Positions 1 to 11,925 of a stretch of 64,000 bases of DNA are shown here, piece after piece. Both the position numbers and the translations under genes were made by a program. A model generated the notes under the pieces. The model had not been told where the DNA came from, did no database searches, and saw nothing but the letters and a program-made list of their open reading frames with translations. Position 1 is the stretch's first letter, and the number at the start of each line of letters is the position of its first letter. The stretch is taken from assembly GCA_030390025.1 (NCBI GenBank), contig CM059432.1, positions 44,642,001 to 44,706,000 of the forward strand, given 5' to 3'. Origin of the DNA: Squalus acanthias. Lineage: Eukaryota.

Positions 1-688
1 CATGCTTTAACCCTGCTATATTTTATTCTGCCCCATTTTTGCTGCAATGCAGATGGTTCAAAGCAAGTGTGGCAACCCAGAGGTTGTGAGTTCAAATCCC
101 ACCATGTCAGTTGTAAAATTGAGTTCAATAAATCTGTAATTTGTGGACTGGCACCTTGAAAATGATCATCAAATAATCATCAAAGCTGCCAAATTGTTGT
201 AAAAATATCACTGGTCCGTCGGGAAAGCGAGCATCACCCCCCCCCACCTTCACCTTAGTCTGGTCTACATGTGACTCCAGTTCCACATTATGGTCACAAT
301 TTTGCTGGCGCTCAGAGGGCGGGCTTGGAGGCGGGAGAGTCAGTTAAGGCTTGTTAACTACCTGTTTAATGCTATTTTGAGGGTTTTAAAATTTTGCCAC
401 ATTTTCACCGTGTTCCACGACGTTGGACAAACACGCCAGCTGTTGTGTCGGGTTTTCCAACAAGCTGAATAGTTCACAACTGCAACATTAAAGCTAACCT
501 GCCACATCAGTTTAATTTCAAAAGCCAGAAGCTTCTGATTTCAGGATTTGGAAGACATATTTCAGGTGTATTGAGGTTGTAAGTGTGTGTTGTGAGATCT
601 ATATGCACTGTGACCTTGGAATAACACCTCTCCACATTGACTCAGTGCTTATAACATCTCATCCTCAAGTGACATATATACCAGCAGA

Positions 689-1868
689 ATGGGAACCATT
701 TATACTCTCTCATCCTGGTCCTCCGATTCGGAGGACGAGCAGCAGCAGAACCAGGCAGACCAGCAGCACTGACAACAAGACCACCCATCTTCTCCTGAGC
801 CACCTGATGCTGCACAGGGCAGAGGCCGTCAGCGCAGGGCTGCACTGCGCCGCAGGAGATACCCCCAACACAGGGTTTACAGGCAGAGGATGAACTTCCT
901 CAATATGACTGAGCAGCACTGCCAAAGGAGGCTGAGACTTTCGCGAGAGGTAGTCGCAGACATCTGCACAATGCTCCACCAAGATCTGCAGCCCAGAGGA
1001 GCGGGTGGACACTCCTTACCAGTAGCTGTCAAAGTTACCACCGCCCTCAACTTCTCTGCGTTAGGGTCCTTCCAGGGATCATCTGCAGACATTAGCGGCA
1101 TTTCCCAGTCGGCCGCACACAGATGCATAACGCAGGTTTGGCAAGTCGGCCAATTGCATCCACTTCTCAATGGATGAAGCAAGTGTTAACTCGCGGGCGG
1201 TTGGGTTTGCCAATATGGCAGGCTTCCCAAGGGTGCAGGGCATCATCGACTGCACACGTGGCCATCAGGGCACCCCATCACAACCCAGCTGTATTTGTGA
1301 ACCGCAAGGGCTTCCACTCCCTTAACATGCAGCTGGTGTGTAACCACAGGAAGAACATTATACATGTGTGTGCAAAGTTTCCTGGCAGCTGCAATGACTC
1401 GTACATCCTGTGGCAGTCCACTGTGCCTCAGTTCTTCAATCCGCCAACCCAACTTTCCGGATGGCTACTTGGAGCTTAGGGCTATCCCCTGAAGATGTGG
1501 CTAATGACACCGATGAGGCCATCAAACGAAGCTGAGGAGTGTTAGAGTCACATTTCTACCAGAAGCATCATAGAGCAAACCATAGGCTTGCGCAAAATGC
1601 GCTTCAGATGCCTGGACAGATCAAGTGGAGCCCTACAGTACACACCAGTCAGGGTGTCTAGAATCATCGTGTTGTGCAGGGCACAGCAGACCATCACACT
1701 GCAGCGTGGCTTACCGCTGCCTGAGGAACAAGTGGCACAGCCTCCTCTAGGAGGAGGAAGAGGCCGAATGAACACCTGGCGGAGGGGGCTGTCCCAGTGC
1801 TACCAGCATGTGACCTCATTGCTGGCCGTGAGGCAAGGACTGGACTAATCCATGCCAGATTCGTGTAA
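689..1868 (+). pseudogene. Harbinger DDE transposase pseudogene (several frameshifts and stops)
   Basis: Fragments [14 protein letters not shown]...[48 protein letters not shown] and KMRFRCLDRSSGALQYTP in shifting frames. Confidence 0.9.
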
Positions 1869-2149
1869 CTTTATGCTGCACATACATCTGGCTGGCACAT
1901 ACACGAGGGTTGGCAGGACCTCCATTCCACACACTACAGCATCTGAACAATGAACTGTGCATTCCTATCACGCTCCCTGCCATCACTACAGATGAAAGGC
2001 ACCCTCACCCCTCGCTGTGCCACTTCCAATTCTGAGCACACACAGGGCAATGCATTGAATCATTGACATCGCGTTACTTTAATACACTAGAAATAAAGAT
2101 CACAAATGTAAATTGGTATATGAAATCACCCAAATGACTACCCTTGTGA

Positions 2150-4037
2150 CTATTTGTGTTTTAGCTTTCTCTTACATGTGCTTCTACGTGGTGCTTCCCC
2201 TGTGGCTTCAGCAGATGTTGAGGCAGCGTGCTCACTTCCCTGCTGCGCCTGCTTAGACGCCTTTGGCGGTCGTCCTCTGGGTTTGGAAGCCTTGGAGGTC
2301 TCTGCAAAAGTCTGCTCCTCCTGCGGCTGTGCAGGGGCAGAGACGGCCATCTCAGTTGGGTGAGACATCTAGGGTTCTGACTGAGGGCTCCGCAGTGGCA
2401 TGGGAGTGTGAGCGCTTGGAGAGGAGCCCCCACTTCCTTGTTGATGACTACCACCATCCCTCTCATGGGCCACCTGCACTTCACTGCTAGCAAGTAGCTG
2501 GAGAGCACCTTGTTGCACATCAGTGGGACCATGAGGACCCATTTCTGTGCTGACATTCCTCATAACAAGGACGTCCATGAACCTCTGGTTTCTCTCCTTA
2601 ATAGATGCCCATCTATCCTCTATAGATGACCATCTATTAAGAAGTGTTACCAAGTTCACCTGAGCCTGGAGATTTATGTTCTCCATGGAGGTTGCCATCC
2701 TTTCCATGGCGGCACCTACATTCGCCAGTGCGTGCACTATGGCATTGCTCATGTTTGACATGGACTCCTCCATTCTCTGCACACTTGCAGTTACCGTGGT
2801 TGCAAACCCAGTCAGAGCCTCCTGCACTTGTCCCTGAAGCTCCAGCTCTGCTCTCTTTCTGGATGGCCCCAGAGACACAGCATCTACATGCAGCTAAGCA
2901 GAGCTAGGAGCGCCCTGCAGCCTCCGACGAGGACTCTCCACTGCTGTCCCTGTCTCCACCATCTGCTCATGCTCACTTGTGAGCTGTGATACATCAGGTG
3001 ACAACACTACTCTATCTTGCAAACTACCCACCGAGGTGTGTCTCTGGCTGGGTGTGCTCATTTCTGCTGACGCTGCTCCCTCAGAGGTTGTAGGTTCCTC
3101 TGAGGAGTCGTCTTGCTCTTCCTCATGGACAGTGGGGAGGGGAAGCTCTCGATGGTTCTGTGGGGGAGTAAAGACATGAGTTAGACATGTGATATTTAGG
3201 TAGCAGACACACCCCATTGTGCAGCTCATCAGAACTTCATTTCTATGAGCATCAGATGCCATATCAGTCACTCATGAAAGCAAAATCACAGGGTTGCAAA
3301 TCAATTCTGTCACCAGCTTGCTGTACTGTGCCCATCTCTCCGTCCCCCACTTCCAACTCCTCTGCACCTCTGCCGATCTCCAGAGCTGCCTCCTCACCGT
3401 TCGTTAGATGCGCCACGGATGGTGGGCCTTCTGTCCTCTCCCTCTTGTGGGCCCTCTTTTCCTGCAGTGAGGGACACCAGTGGAGTTTCAGCAAAATTGA
3501 TGGATTGAGTGTAAAGAATGGATAACAAAGATGTTTAGAGGGAGACAACGATCGAGTGTGGTGCCAATACCAAGGTCCCTCCCTGTGCGTTGTTAGTTGC
3601 TGTCATTGCATAACAGTGAGAGCGAGTGTGAGGGGTGCATAGTAGGATGAAGTGATTCTGTACATAGAGAGGGATGGGTGAGGGTGCCAGGGATGTTGGG
3701 GTAAGTTGGGATGTGCAGGAGTAGGTTGCCACAGCAGAGTGCTGGTGATGAGAAGAGATGGGAAGCAGATTGAAGGTAAGTGTGATGTTATACTTATCTT
3801 TGCTGAGCGCATCAGATCATTAAACCTCTTTCTACACGGCACCCAGGTGTGTGTACACACCGACCTTGCACTTACCTCCTCAGCAATTTGCAGCCAGGCT
3901 GCCTGTGTGTGCTGAAGAGGCTTCCTCCGTTCGTCGGAAGGGAAGAGAACCTCCTTTTGTCCTCTTGCTCCCTCCAAAAGTGCATGGAGGGGGGAGTCAT
4001 CAAAACGGGGAGCAGCCTTGGACCGTTGAGCTGCCAT
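2150..4037 (-). pseudogene. Harbinger Myb/SANT-like DNA-binding protein pseudogene (3-exon structure, first donor mutated)
   Basis: APRFDDSPLHALLEG...AAWLQIAEEVSARSVCTHTWVPCRKRFNDL (ORF 3603-4055), followed by a coiled-coil-like segment and a basic C-terminus RRSTCKRKLKHK. Confidence 0.85.
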
Positions 4038-6180
4038 GCCTGCAGCAACCAGCATTCGGAAGCAGAAGAAAGCAAGTGAAAATCAATGGGGACATAGCCC
4101 CCTTAAATATCCAGGCTCCTAGCGTGTCATCAAGCGCGAGCAGCCGACCCGCACCCACCGATTGGGCCGGCTAGCGCGCATGTTGGCCTTAATGAGGCTA
4201 ATCTGTGGAAAATCATTAATGGAGGGCGGCTGCAACTGGGAGCGGGACCGGAACCCGCAGAGCAGCGAACCTGCCACCATCCCGCCTCCGGGCGGAAAAT
4301 CCAGCCCTATGTGATTGACAATGCACTACGGAGTGGACTAGGCTGTCATTCAGTTGCAAGCAATCAATACAGAACAAAGTGAGCATGGAAATATTAGACC
4401 TATCGGCAATGACCCAGTTATTACATCAGGAGACAAGACTCGGGCAATCCAAGCCCTGTCTGTCCTGCAAAGGCCTCCTTGCTAATATCTGGGCACTGGT
4501 GCCCTGGGTGAGCGAGCTATCCCACAGACTTATTAAACAACAGCCTGATAGACATGAATCGGAGAGTGTAATTATATCAGCTGATATTCCAGCATTCTCC
4601 ATCGCCATCTCTGAATATGTCCTATCTCATTGGCAGGATAGACCGAACAACGGCGTGGCACAGTGGTATACAGTTGGCTGGGCTAGGCTTTGGGAGTCCA
4701 TAGCATCGACTCCAGACCCCAAGAAGTCTCATGTCTTCAGGTCAAACAAGGCCAAGGAAACTTGCTGATTAGCACCTACCACCTCTCTTCTCCCCATCCC
4801 CCAACTAATGAATCAGTACTCCTCCATGTTGAACCCCATTTGGAGAAAGCAAGAGCGTAGAAATTATTCTGGGTGCTGACTTCCAATATCCACCTTCTTA
4901 GGGTAACTCGGATGGAATTAAATTTAAAAAAATCAGCATAGCCAGGATTACCCACATCCAAAGAGCAGATTTTAAAAAAAAATCAGGATTTTATGTTAAT
5001 GGGACTGGCGCATCAGTTTTGCTGTGCTGCAAAGTTATTTGGCACAGAAATTGTACTGCAGCTATGCAACATGTTGAACCGATCTTTTTTGTCTATTCAG
5101 CAGTGGTGACATTCCTGCAGATTATTAACTGTTATTGAGGTGGCACGTTGCATTTCATTTGAGGAGAACTCTGTTGGGTGGGGTCAGATGTCTTTAGTGG
5201 TAATCCTTCCTGGTCGTGAGACCTATAAAATGAGCAGTATTGAACTTTATTCTGAACGTGTAATTTTTATGAGTTGGATTCTTGCCTTATTGTCAGCACT
5301 GGGAATGAAAATATTTGGACAAGGTTATTTCAATTAACCTATGCAATAGGGTAAAACAAAATGCAGTTGCTGTTCTACATTTGCTTTAAGTGTAGGGTGG
5401 TGTCCTTTAACAGTGATCCTGAGTCTCAGTGGACATAATGCACAAGCTGCCTATTATAAGCTCGTCTGAAAGGTCTATTTATTAGCATTTAACAATAGCT
5501 CGGCTGTGTTTTACTTCATTTGGTCACTCGATGCTGTCTGCATGAACACATATGGTAGTATTCCAGTATAATGCTGTTATACACACCAAGATAGTTTTAT
5601 AGTTTCTTTTTAAAAAGGGTAATTTTGTATATTTGTTAAGTTATAGTGCTGCTATCATTGGTGCCATCTAGACTTGCAGGGACATTCCAGATGTCTGGGG
5701 AAAGTCTATACGGAATTGAAAGTTGCTATTCTCAACTTTCAAATGATGTTTGAATGACTGTAATTTAAGCAGGGCACATTCCACAGCAGTGCAATTCCTT
5801 CATATTGCAGAATTGATTCTGTAATATAAAAAGGCTATTGGACTGTATCTACTATAGATTTTTTTGGTTTAAACTGTGAATGATGACGACCTCTGAGAAA
5901 CTCCCTTTGGGTTGCTGAATCTGAGAAGCTGAATCGACATGCACAGATAAAATGCCCAGATTGCTGAAGTAGAGTGGGTTAGCGACTTTGTTATACCTAC
6001 TGGTATGAAACAGGGGGGCAAGTACCAAAACAGCATCTCTCTCGTTCTAGATATACAAACGTTTTTTTTAAGAAGGGCAATTGAAGGCATATAAAGCTCA
6101 ATTTATTATAGCCGCATCTGCAGAAGGTATGACAGAATGACATCATGCAGAACAATTACCTTTTTTTAAAAATCTGCTTC

Positions 6181-6612
6181 AACAATAACGTATTTATATA
6201 GTGCCTTTAACATAGTAAAACATCCCAAGGTGCTTCACAGGAGTGCTATCAAACAAAATTTGACACCGAGCCACATGAGATATTAAGGCAGACTTGGTCA
6301 AAGAAGTAGATTTTGAGGAGCATCTTAAAGGATGATCGAGAGGTTTTGGGAGGGAATTCCAGAGATTAGGGCCTAGGCAGCTGAAGGCACGGCTGCCAAT
6401 GGTGGAGCGATTAAAATCAGGGATGCTCAAGAGGCTAGAATTGGAGGAACGCAGATATCTTGAAGGATTGGAGGAGTTTACAAATATGAGGAGGGGCGAG
6501 GCCATGGATGGATGTGAAAACAAGGTTGAGAATTTTAAAATTGAAGCATTGCTTAACTGGGAGCCGATGTAGCACTGGGGTGGTGGGTGAACGGGACTTG
6601 GTGCGAGTTAGT
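6181..6612 (-). mobile_element. L2-clade LINE 3' fragment
   Basis: ORF2 C-terminus RSTIGSRAFSCLGPNLWNSLP plus a 3' tail. Inverted homolog of ~9880-10352. Confidence 0.8.
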
Positions 6613-6882
6613 CACTTTTCTTTTCCATCGCTCCTTTAATTTTCTGGACTTAACTGTAAAACCCAGCTGGTAATTGCCTCAAGTGCCATCTCCATTTAAT
6701 TACTTTCCAATCAACTTTGATAACTCACCGTATACAACTTTGCCAATGTGCCATCAACTCTTCGACAAAAATATTAAAATAAATTAAGACATCAGCCAGG
6801 ATTCATAGTAGAAATATGTCTAATATCTTAGAGGGCTAAATATTTAGGCAAATACTAGTTTCAAAGTCAGTTTATAGTCATA

Positions 6883-7757
6883 GGGGGAAAAATTCAGTTG
6901 GTTGCGCCTCCCGTTAGCGCCTTAAGAGGGTGCTAATGGGGCGCAAAGCAACTAGCGCCCGGGCGCGGCGATGTTTGCGCCGCTCGCGAAATTAACTAGA
7001 CATTTTGCAGCAGCGCTCAACACTACCGTCACGATCTCCTGTGCCGGCAGATCGTGACGTTAGTCGAGTGCGTAGCGCCCCGGAGCAGATATTGAGTGGC
7101 GCCCCCTGCCTTACCGCCTGCCGCTAGCAACGACAGGTTGAGGGGAGTGTTTTGCAGTCAGGAAGGGACTGGGGGAGCGCTATTTAAAGGCAACCGCTTC
7201 CTGCCTTTTTTTGTTGGTGACATTTTTGAACCACGCATTCAGAGAGAGAGAGACTTCTGGAGAGATTCAACGCTGTGTGAAGGAGTTTTGGGTACTGAGC
7301 AGCACTTTGCAGGTTCATTTTGATTTGCCTTTCCTTGTATCGATTTACAAGAGAATGTGGGGGCTGCACTCTGAGCTCTTTCCCTGGTTCTCTCCATTGT
7401 ACTTTCCAGCAGATTTGATGTACAGGTCTCTCCAGGCCGAGATTCAAGGCTGCAATGAGCAGGATGTGGATGGAAAGCAAGATCAACCCTCCCCTTTAAG
7501 AATTGGCCGGGCGCCATTGTCTCTGTTCCATTGCTGACTGATATCACATGAGCTTCGCCAGCGCTCTGAGTTAGCGCCTCGCTCCTCGGCCTTTGCGCCT
7601 TAAGACAGATGTGTAGCGCCTGATTTAGCGCTCCAATCACCTCCAGGGGCGATAAAAGTCAAGTTTGCAGTCGGAGGCGATAATTAGCGCCAGGCGCTAA
7701 TCTTTGCGCCCGGCCAATAATTGCGCCCCAAATGGGGCGATACTGAATTTTTCCCCC
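6883..7757. mobile_element. Non-autonomous Harbinger (MITE-like internal deletion derivative of the family at 60275)
   Basis: Perfect 16-bp TIRs GGGGGAAAAATTCAGT (6883-6898) and ACTGAATTTTTCCCCC (7742-7757), with an ATA TSD. The reverse complement of 7371-7757 aligns by eye to 60275-60660. Confidence 0.92.
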
Positions 7758-7865
7758 ATAGACTATAGATAATCCATGGAATGAGGCCATGTCGATAGAG
7801 AGATGATTGAAGGGCAGATGACAAAAGAGAAGGGTAAAAGCTTATTTCTCAGACTGGAAAGATGT

Positions 7866-8375
7866 GGGCCCAGAAATTGATCTCGCTCTGTTCCCGCGGG
7901 GGTAGCAGGCGCGATCTCTCACTCCGCGTTGGCTTTTTCAGATCCAGCTCGCACGAACTTGATGTTCCAGACATCAGCTGGGCAGTGCTTGCGTATCCCA
8001 CCGCGTAGTGAATTCGTGCGAGCTGTGGGATCACGTGACTCAGTTAGAGCCAATGGCAGCACACCATCTTCCATTCATAAGTTTCACATACGTGCTGTGA
8101 AAGCTATGAATCTTACACCCCCCCCCCCCCAAAATAACAGCTAAACCTCAATTAAATAAAAAAAAAACATCACATTAATAAAATAAGTATAGTTAAATAA
8201 ATTAACCATTTTAAATAAAAAATTAAATTTTTGAAAAAATTTAAAATCTTTTAAAAAGTTATAAAAATAAACTTACCTGTCTTTAAAGTCTCTAAAAAAG
8301 ATATACCTGTTAAAAAAAATTCAAAATAATACTTAATTCACTACTTACCTTGTTAAAAGTGGGTCTTACTCCTTT
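7866..8375. mobile_element. Probable truncated non-autonomous DNA transposon (CpG-rich end followed by a very AT-rich core)
   Basis: Starts with a Harbinger-like terminus GGGCCCAGAAATT, then CpG-rich subterminal sequence and an A/T-rich tract. No second end found. Confidence 0.35.
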
Positions 8376-8385
8376 TTATGGTGTT

Positions 8386-9180
8386 CTGGACTTGGGAATT
8401 AAGGGAGCAATATTGAAATTTGCTGATAGCACCAAATTGGGGGTAGAGTTATTTGTGATGAGGCTTGTGAAAGACTACGATGATATAGATCGATAGAAAA
8501 ATGTGAAATATTACATACTGGAAGTAAGAATCAGGAAAAGAAATGCACCTTAAAGATTTTAAATGGAGTATGGGAGAAGTGGGAACTTGGTGTGCAAATA
8601 CACAGGCCATTAAAGGTAGTAGTTAATCGGCCAAAAATGGCAAATATCGCCCTTAATAAAGCAAAAGGTAATGCTGAACTTGTACGAGACTTGGACCGCA
8701 GTTGAAGTATTTTGTGCCGTTTTTGGCATACCATTGTAGCAAGGAAGTTAAAGGTGCAGCATAAATTCACTAGGGTATTACTAGGTTGAGAGATTATGAA
8801 GAGACTTGAGAAGTTGAGACTATTTCACTAGCACTGAGAAGGTTAAGGGGTGACCTGATAGAGGTTCAGGATAACAAAGGATATTGATGAGTTAAACCGT
8901 GATAACAGGACAGCAAGATCGTAACGAGGGAGAGAACAAATTTAAGATAATCACAGAGTTGGGGGAGTAGAATTTCTTCACTGTGTGTGGTTAGAATGTG
9001 ACGCAATCCATTGTGACAAGAGTCCATAAATTATTTTAACAGGTAATTAGATAATTGTTTGAAAGAGAAGAATATTCAAGGGTATGGGTAGCGAGTGGGA
9101 TTAGATGAGGTTGTTCATGGAGAAAGGCACTGGTGCAAACTTGATGGGCCAAATGGTCTGTTGCTGCGCTGTAGCATTCT
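8386..9180 (+). mobile_element. Old degenerate CR1 LINE 3' fragment
   Basis: Remnants of KFAD-TKLG, RRLRGDLIEV and a CR1-type 3' tail (gggccaaatggtctg). Confidence 0.7.
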
Positions 9181-9194
9181 CTAATTTCTCCTCC

Positions 9195-10352
9195 AACGCC
9201 TCTTCATCGTCCCGCTGGGTGGGACTGCACTTGCCTGGTTCCATTCTTATCTAGCCAGAGAATCACCGGCAATGGCTTCTCTTTCTGCTCCCGCACCGTT
9301 ACTTTTGGTGTCCCCCAAGGATCTATCCTTGGCCCCCTCCTATTTCTCATCTACATGTTGCCCCTTGGCGACATCATCCAAAAACACAGCGTCAGTTCCA
9401 CATGTACGCTGACGACACCCAGCTTTACCTCGCCACCACCTCTCTTGACCCCTCCACTGTCTCTAAACTGTCAGGCGACATCCAGTACTGGATGAGCAGA
9501 AATTTCCTCTAGCTAAATATTGGGAAGACCAAAGCCATTGTCTTCGGCCCCTGCCACAAACTCCGTTTCCTAGCCACCGACTCCATCCCTTTCCTTGGCA
9601 ACAGTCTGAGGCTAAACCAGATCGTCGGAACCTTGGTGTCGTATTTGACCCCGAGATAAGCTTCCGACCACATAGCTGCGCCATCACTAAGATCACCTAT
9701 TTCCACCTCTGTAACATCGTCCGACTCCACCCCTGCCTCAGCTCATTTGTTGCTGAAACCCTCATCCATGCTTTTTGTTACCTTTTAGGACTTGACTATT
9801 CCAACGCACTCCTGGCCAGCCTCCCATCTTCTGCACTCCATAAACTTAAGGCCATCCGAAACTCTGCTGCCCGTATCCTAACCCGCACCAAGTCCCGTTC
9901 ATCCATCACCACTGTGATCGCCGACCTACACTGGCTCCTGGTTAAGCAATGCCTCGATTTTAAAATTGTCATCCTTGTTTTCAAATCCTTCCATGGACTT
10001 GCCCCTCCCCATCTCTCCAACCTTCTCCAGCCCTACAACCCTCAGATATCTGCGCTCCTCCAATTCTGGCATCTTGCGCATCCCTGATTTTAATCGCTCC
10101 ACCATTGGCGGCCGTCCCTTTAGCTGCCAAGTCCCTAAGCTCTGGAATTCCCTCCCTAAACTGCTCTACCCCTCTTTCGTCCTTTAAGACGCTCCTTAAG
10201 ACGCTCCTTAAACCTCTCTTTGACCAAGCTATTAGTTATCTGCCCTAATCACCTTATGTGGCTTGGAGTCAAATTGTGTTTGATAACGCTCCTGTGAAGC
10301 GCCTTGGGATGTTTTACTATGTTAAAGGCACTATATAAATACAAGTTATTGT
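9195..10352 (+). mobile_element. L2-clade LINE 3' portion (RT region to 3' tail)
   Basis: [24 protein letters not shown] and RSTIGGRPFSCQVPKLWNSLP in broken frames. Tail ...ggcactatataaatacaagttattgttg. Confidence 0.85.
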
Positions 10353-10726
10353 TGATGACTTATATACTCTCTGAATAAATGTTGAAATCTGAACAGTATT
10401 CATTTACTTTAATACCTGTAATAGAATTGACTTAGAAGTCTTTCAGTTGAAAACCACAGTAATCTCATGGGTATTTTTATGGGTTACGTGCATTTTGCAG
10501 CAGTTGCTTAATTTGGATACGGCTTTTGACTATAGGTATAATTGCAAAGTGTTTTCCGCAGAGCAGTCTTTATGTTGAGTGCTAATAGGTTCAGTTCTCT
10601 TATTAGCAGTGTACTAGTAAAGCTGTAGACAAATAGTTATCTATAGAAATCTCTACACATGTTGCTAATGTCAGTCCTGATCAGTAACTTCACGTAGCAG
10701 TACAATATGAAGTGATATTACCCATG

Positions 10727-11925
10727 TGTGAAAGCAACAAGGAGGGTCGATGAGGGTAATGTGTTTGTAGTCTACATGGGTTTTAACAAGGCTTTTGACG
10801 AGGCCCCACATGGCAAACTGGTCAGAAAAGTAAAAGCCCATGGGATCCAAGGGAAAGTGGCAAGTTGGATCCAAAATTGGCTCTGGCAAGAAGCAAAGGG
10901 TAATGGTCGACTGTTGTTTTTGTGACTGGAAGGCTGTTTCCAGTGGGGTTCTGCAGGGCTCAGCACTTGGTCCCTTGCTTTTTGTGGTATATATCAATGA
11001 TTTAGACTTCAATGTAGGGGGCATGATTAAGAAGTTTGCAGATGATACGAAAATTGGCCATGTGGTTGATTGTGCAGTCTACAGCTTTCTTCCTCACTAA
11101 GTTATCAATGGATTGGTCAAGTGGGCAGAAACGTGGCAAATGGAATTCAATCCGGAGAAGTGTAAAGTAATGTATTTGGGGAGGGCTAACAAGGCAAGAG
11201 AAAAAACAATAAATGGTAGGATACTGCGCAATGTAGAGGGACTTGGGAGTGTATGTCCACAGATCCCTGAAGGTAGCAGAACAGGCAGATAAGGTGGTTA
11301 AGAAGGCACACTGGATACTTGCCTTTATTAAAGAAAGAAAGACTTGCATTTATATAGCGCCTTTCATGACCACCGGACGTCTCAAAGCGCTTTACATTCA
11401 ATGAAGTACTTTCGAAGTGGAGTCACTGTTGTAATGTGGGAAATGCGGCAGCCAATTTGCACTCAGCAAGGTCCCACAAACAGCAACGTGATAATGACCA
11501 GATAATCTGTTTTTGTTATGTCGGTTGAGGGTTAAATATTGGCCATAACTCCCCTACTCTTCTTCAAAATAGTGCCATGGGATCTTTTACCTCCACTTGA
11601 GAGGGCAGACGGGACCTCGGTTTAAAGTCTTGTCCGAAAGACGGCACTTCTGACAGTGCAGCACTCCCTCAGCACTGCACTGGAGTGTCAGCCTAGCTTT
11701 GTGCTCAAGTCCCTGGAGTGGGACTTGAACCCACAACCTTCAGACTCTGAGGCAAGTGTGCTACCCACTGAGCCACAGCTGACACATATTAACCGAGGCA
11801 TAGAATATAAGAGCAGGGAGGTTATGCTAGAACTGTATAAAACACTAGTTAGGTCACAGCTAGAGTACTGCGTACAGTTCTGGTCACCACATTACAGGAA
11901 AGATGTGATTGTACTGCAGCATTTT
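10727..11925 (+). mobile_element. CR1 LINE RT fragment interrupted by a SINE at 11331-11785
   Basis: FNKAFDEAPHGKLV, GVLQGSALGPLLFVVYINDLD...KFADDTKI. Resumes after the SINE as INRGIEYKSREVMLELYKTLVRSQLEYCVQFWSP. Confidence 0.9.
11331..11785 (-). mobile_element. tRNA-derived DeuSINE (SacSINE1-like), near full length
   Basis: Minus-strand head gtgtcagctgtggctcagtgggtagc...gggttcaagtccc (A and B boxes), a central conserved domain and an L2-like 3' tail ending in (TTTC)n. TATTAA occurs at both junctions. Confidence 0.8.

Larger units (their letters stand above)
292..4307 (+). mobile_element. PIF/Harbinger DNA transposon copy 1 (near full length, decayed; convergent transposase and Myb/SANT genes)
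   Basis: HARBI1-like transposase fragments on + and Myb/SANT-like fragments on -. Degenerate termini GGTCACAATTTT / AAAATCCAGCCC, with TAT on both sides (289-291, 4308-4310). Colinear with the copy at 40583-44670. Confidence 0.9.
48..4960 (+). mobile_element. 5' part of a decayed CR1-type LINE with a tRNA-like head, split by a Harbinger transposon (pieces ~48-291 and 4308-~4960)
   Basis: B-box-like GTTCAAATCC at 90-99. The sequence reads through across the Harbinger (ccacat-TAT-gtgattgac). ORF 4379-4768 contains AP-endonuclease N-terminal-like LANIWAL...ELSHRLIKQQPD...YVLSHWQDRP. Confidence 0.55.

Noticed and set aside
5878..5935. C/D-box snoRNA-like motifs (ATGATGA...CTGA)
   Set aside because: No terminal stem, box spacing too short and no recognisable rRNA antisense guide.
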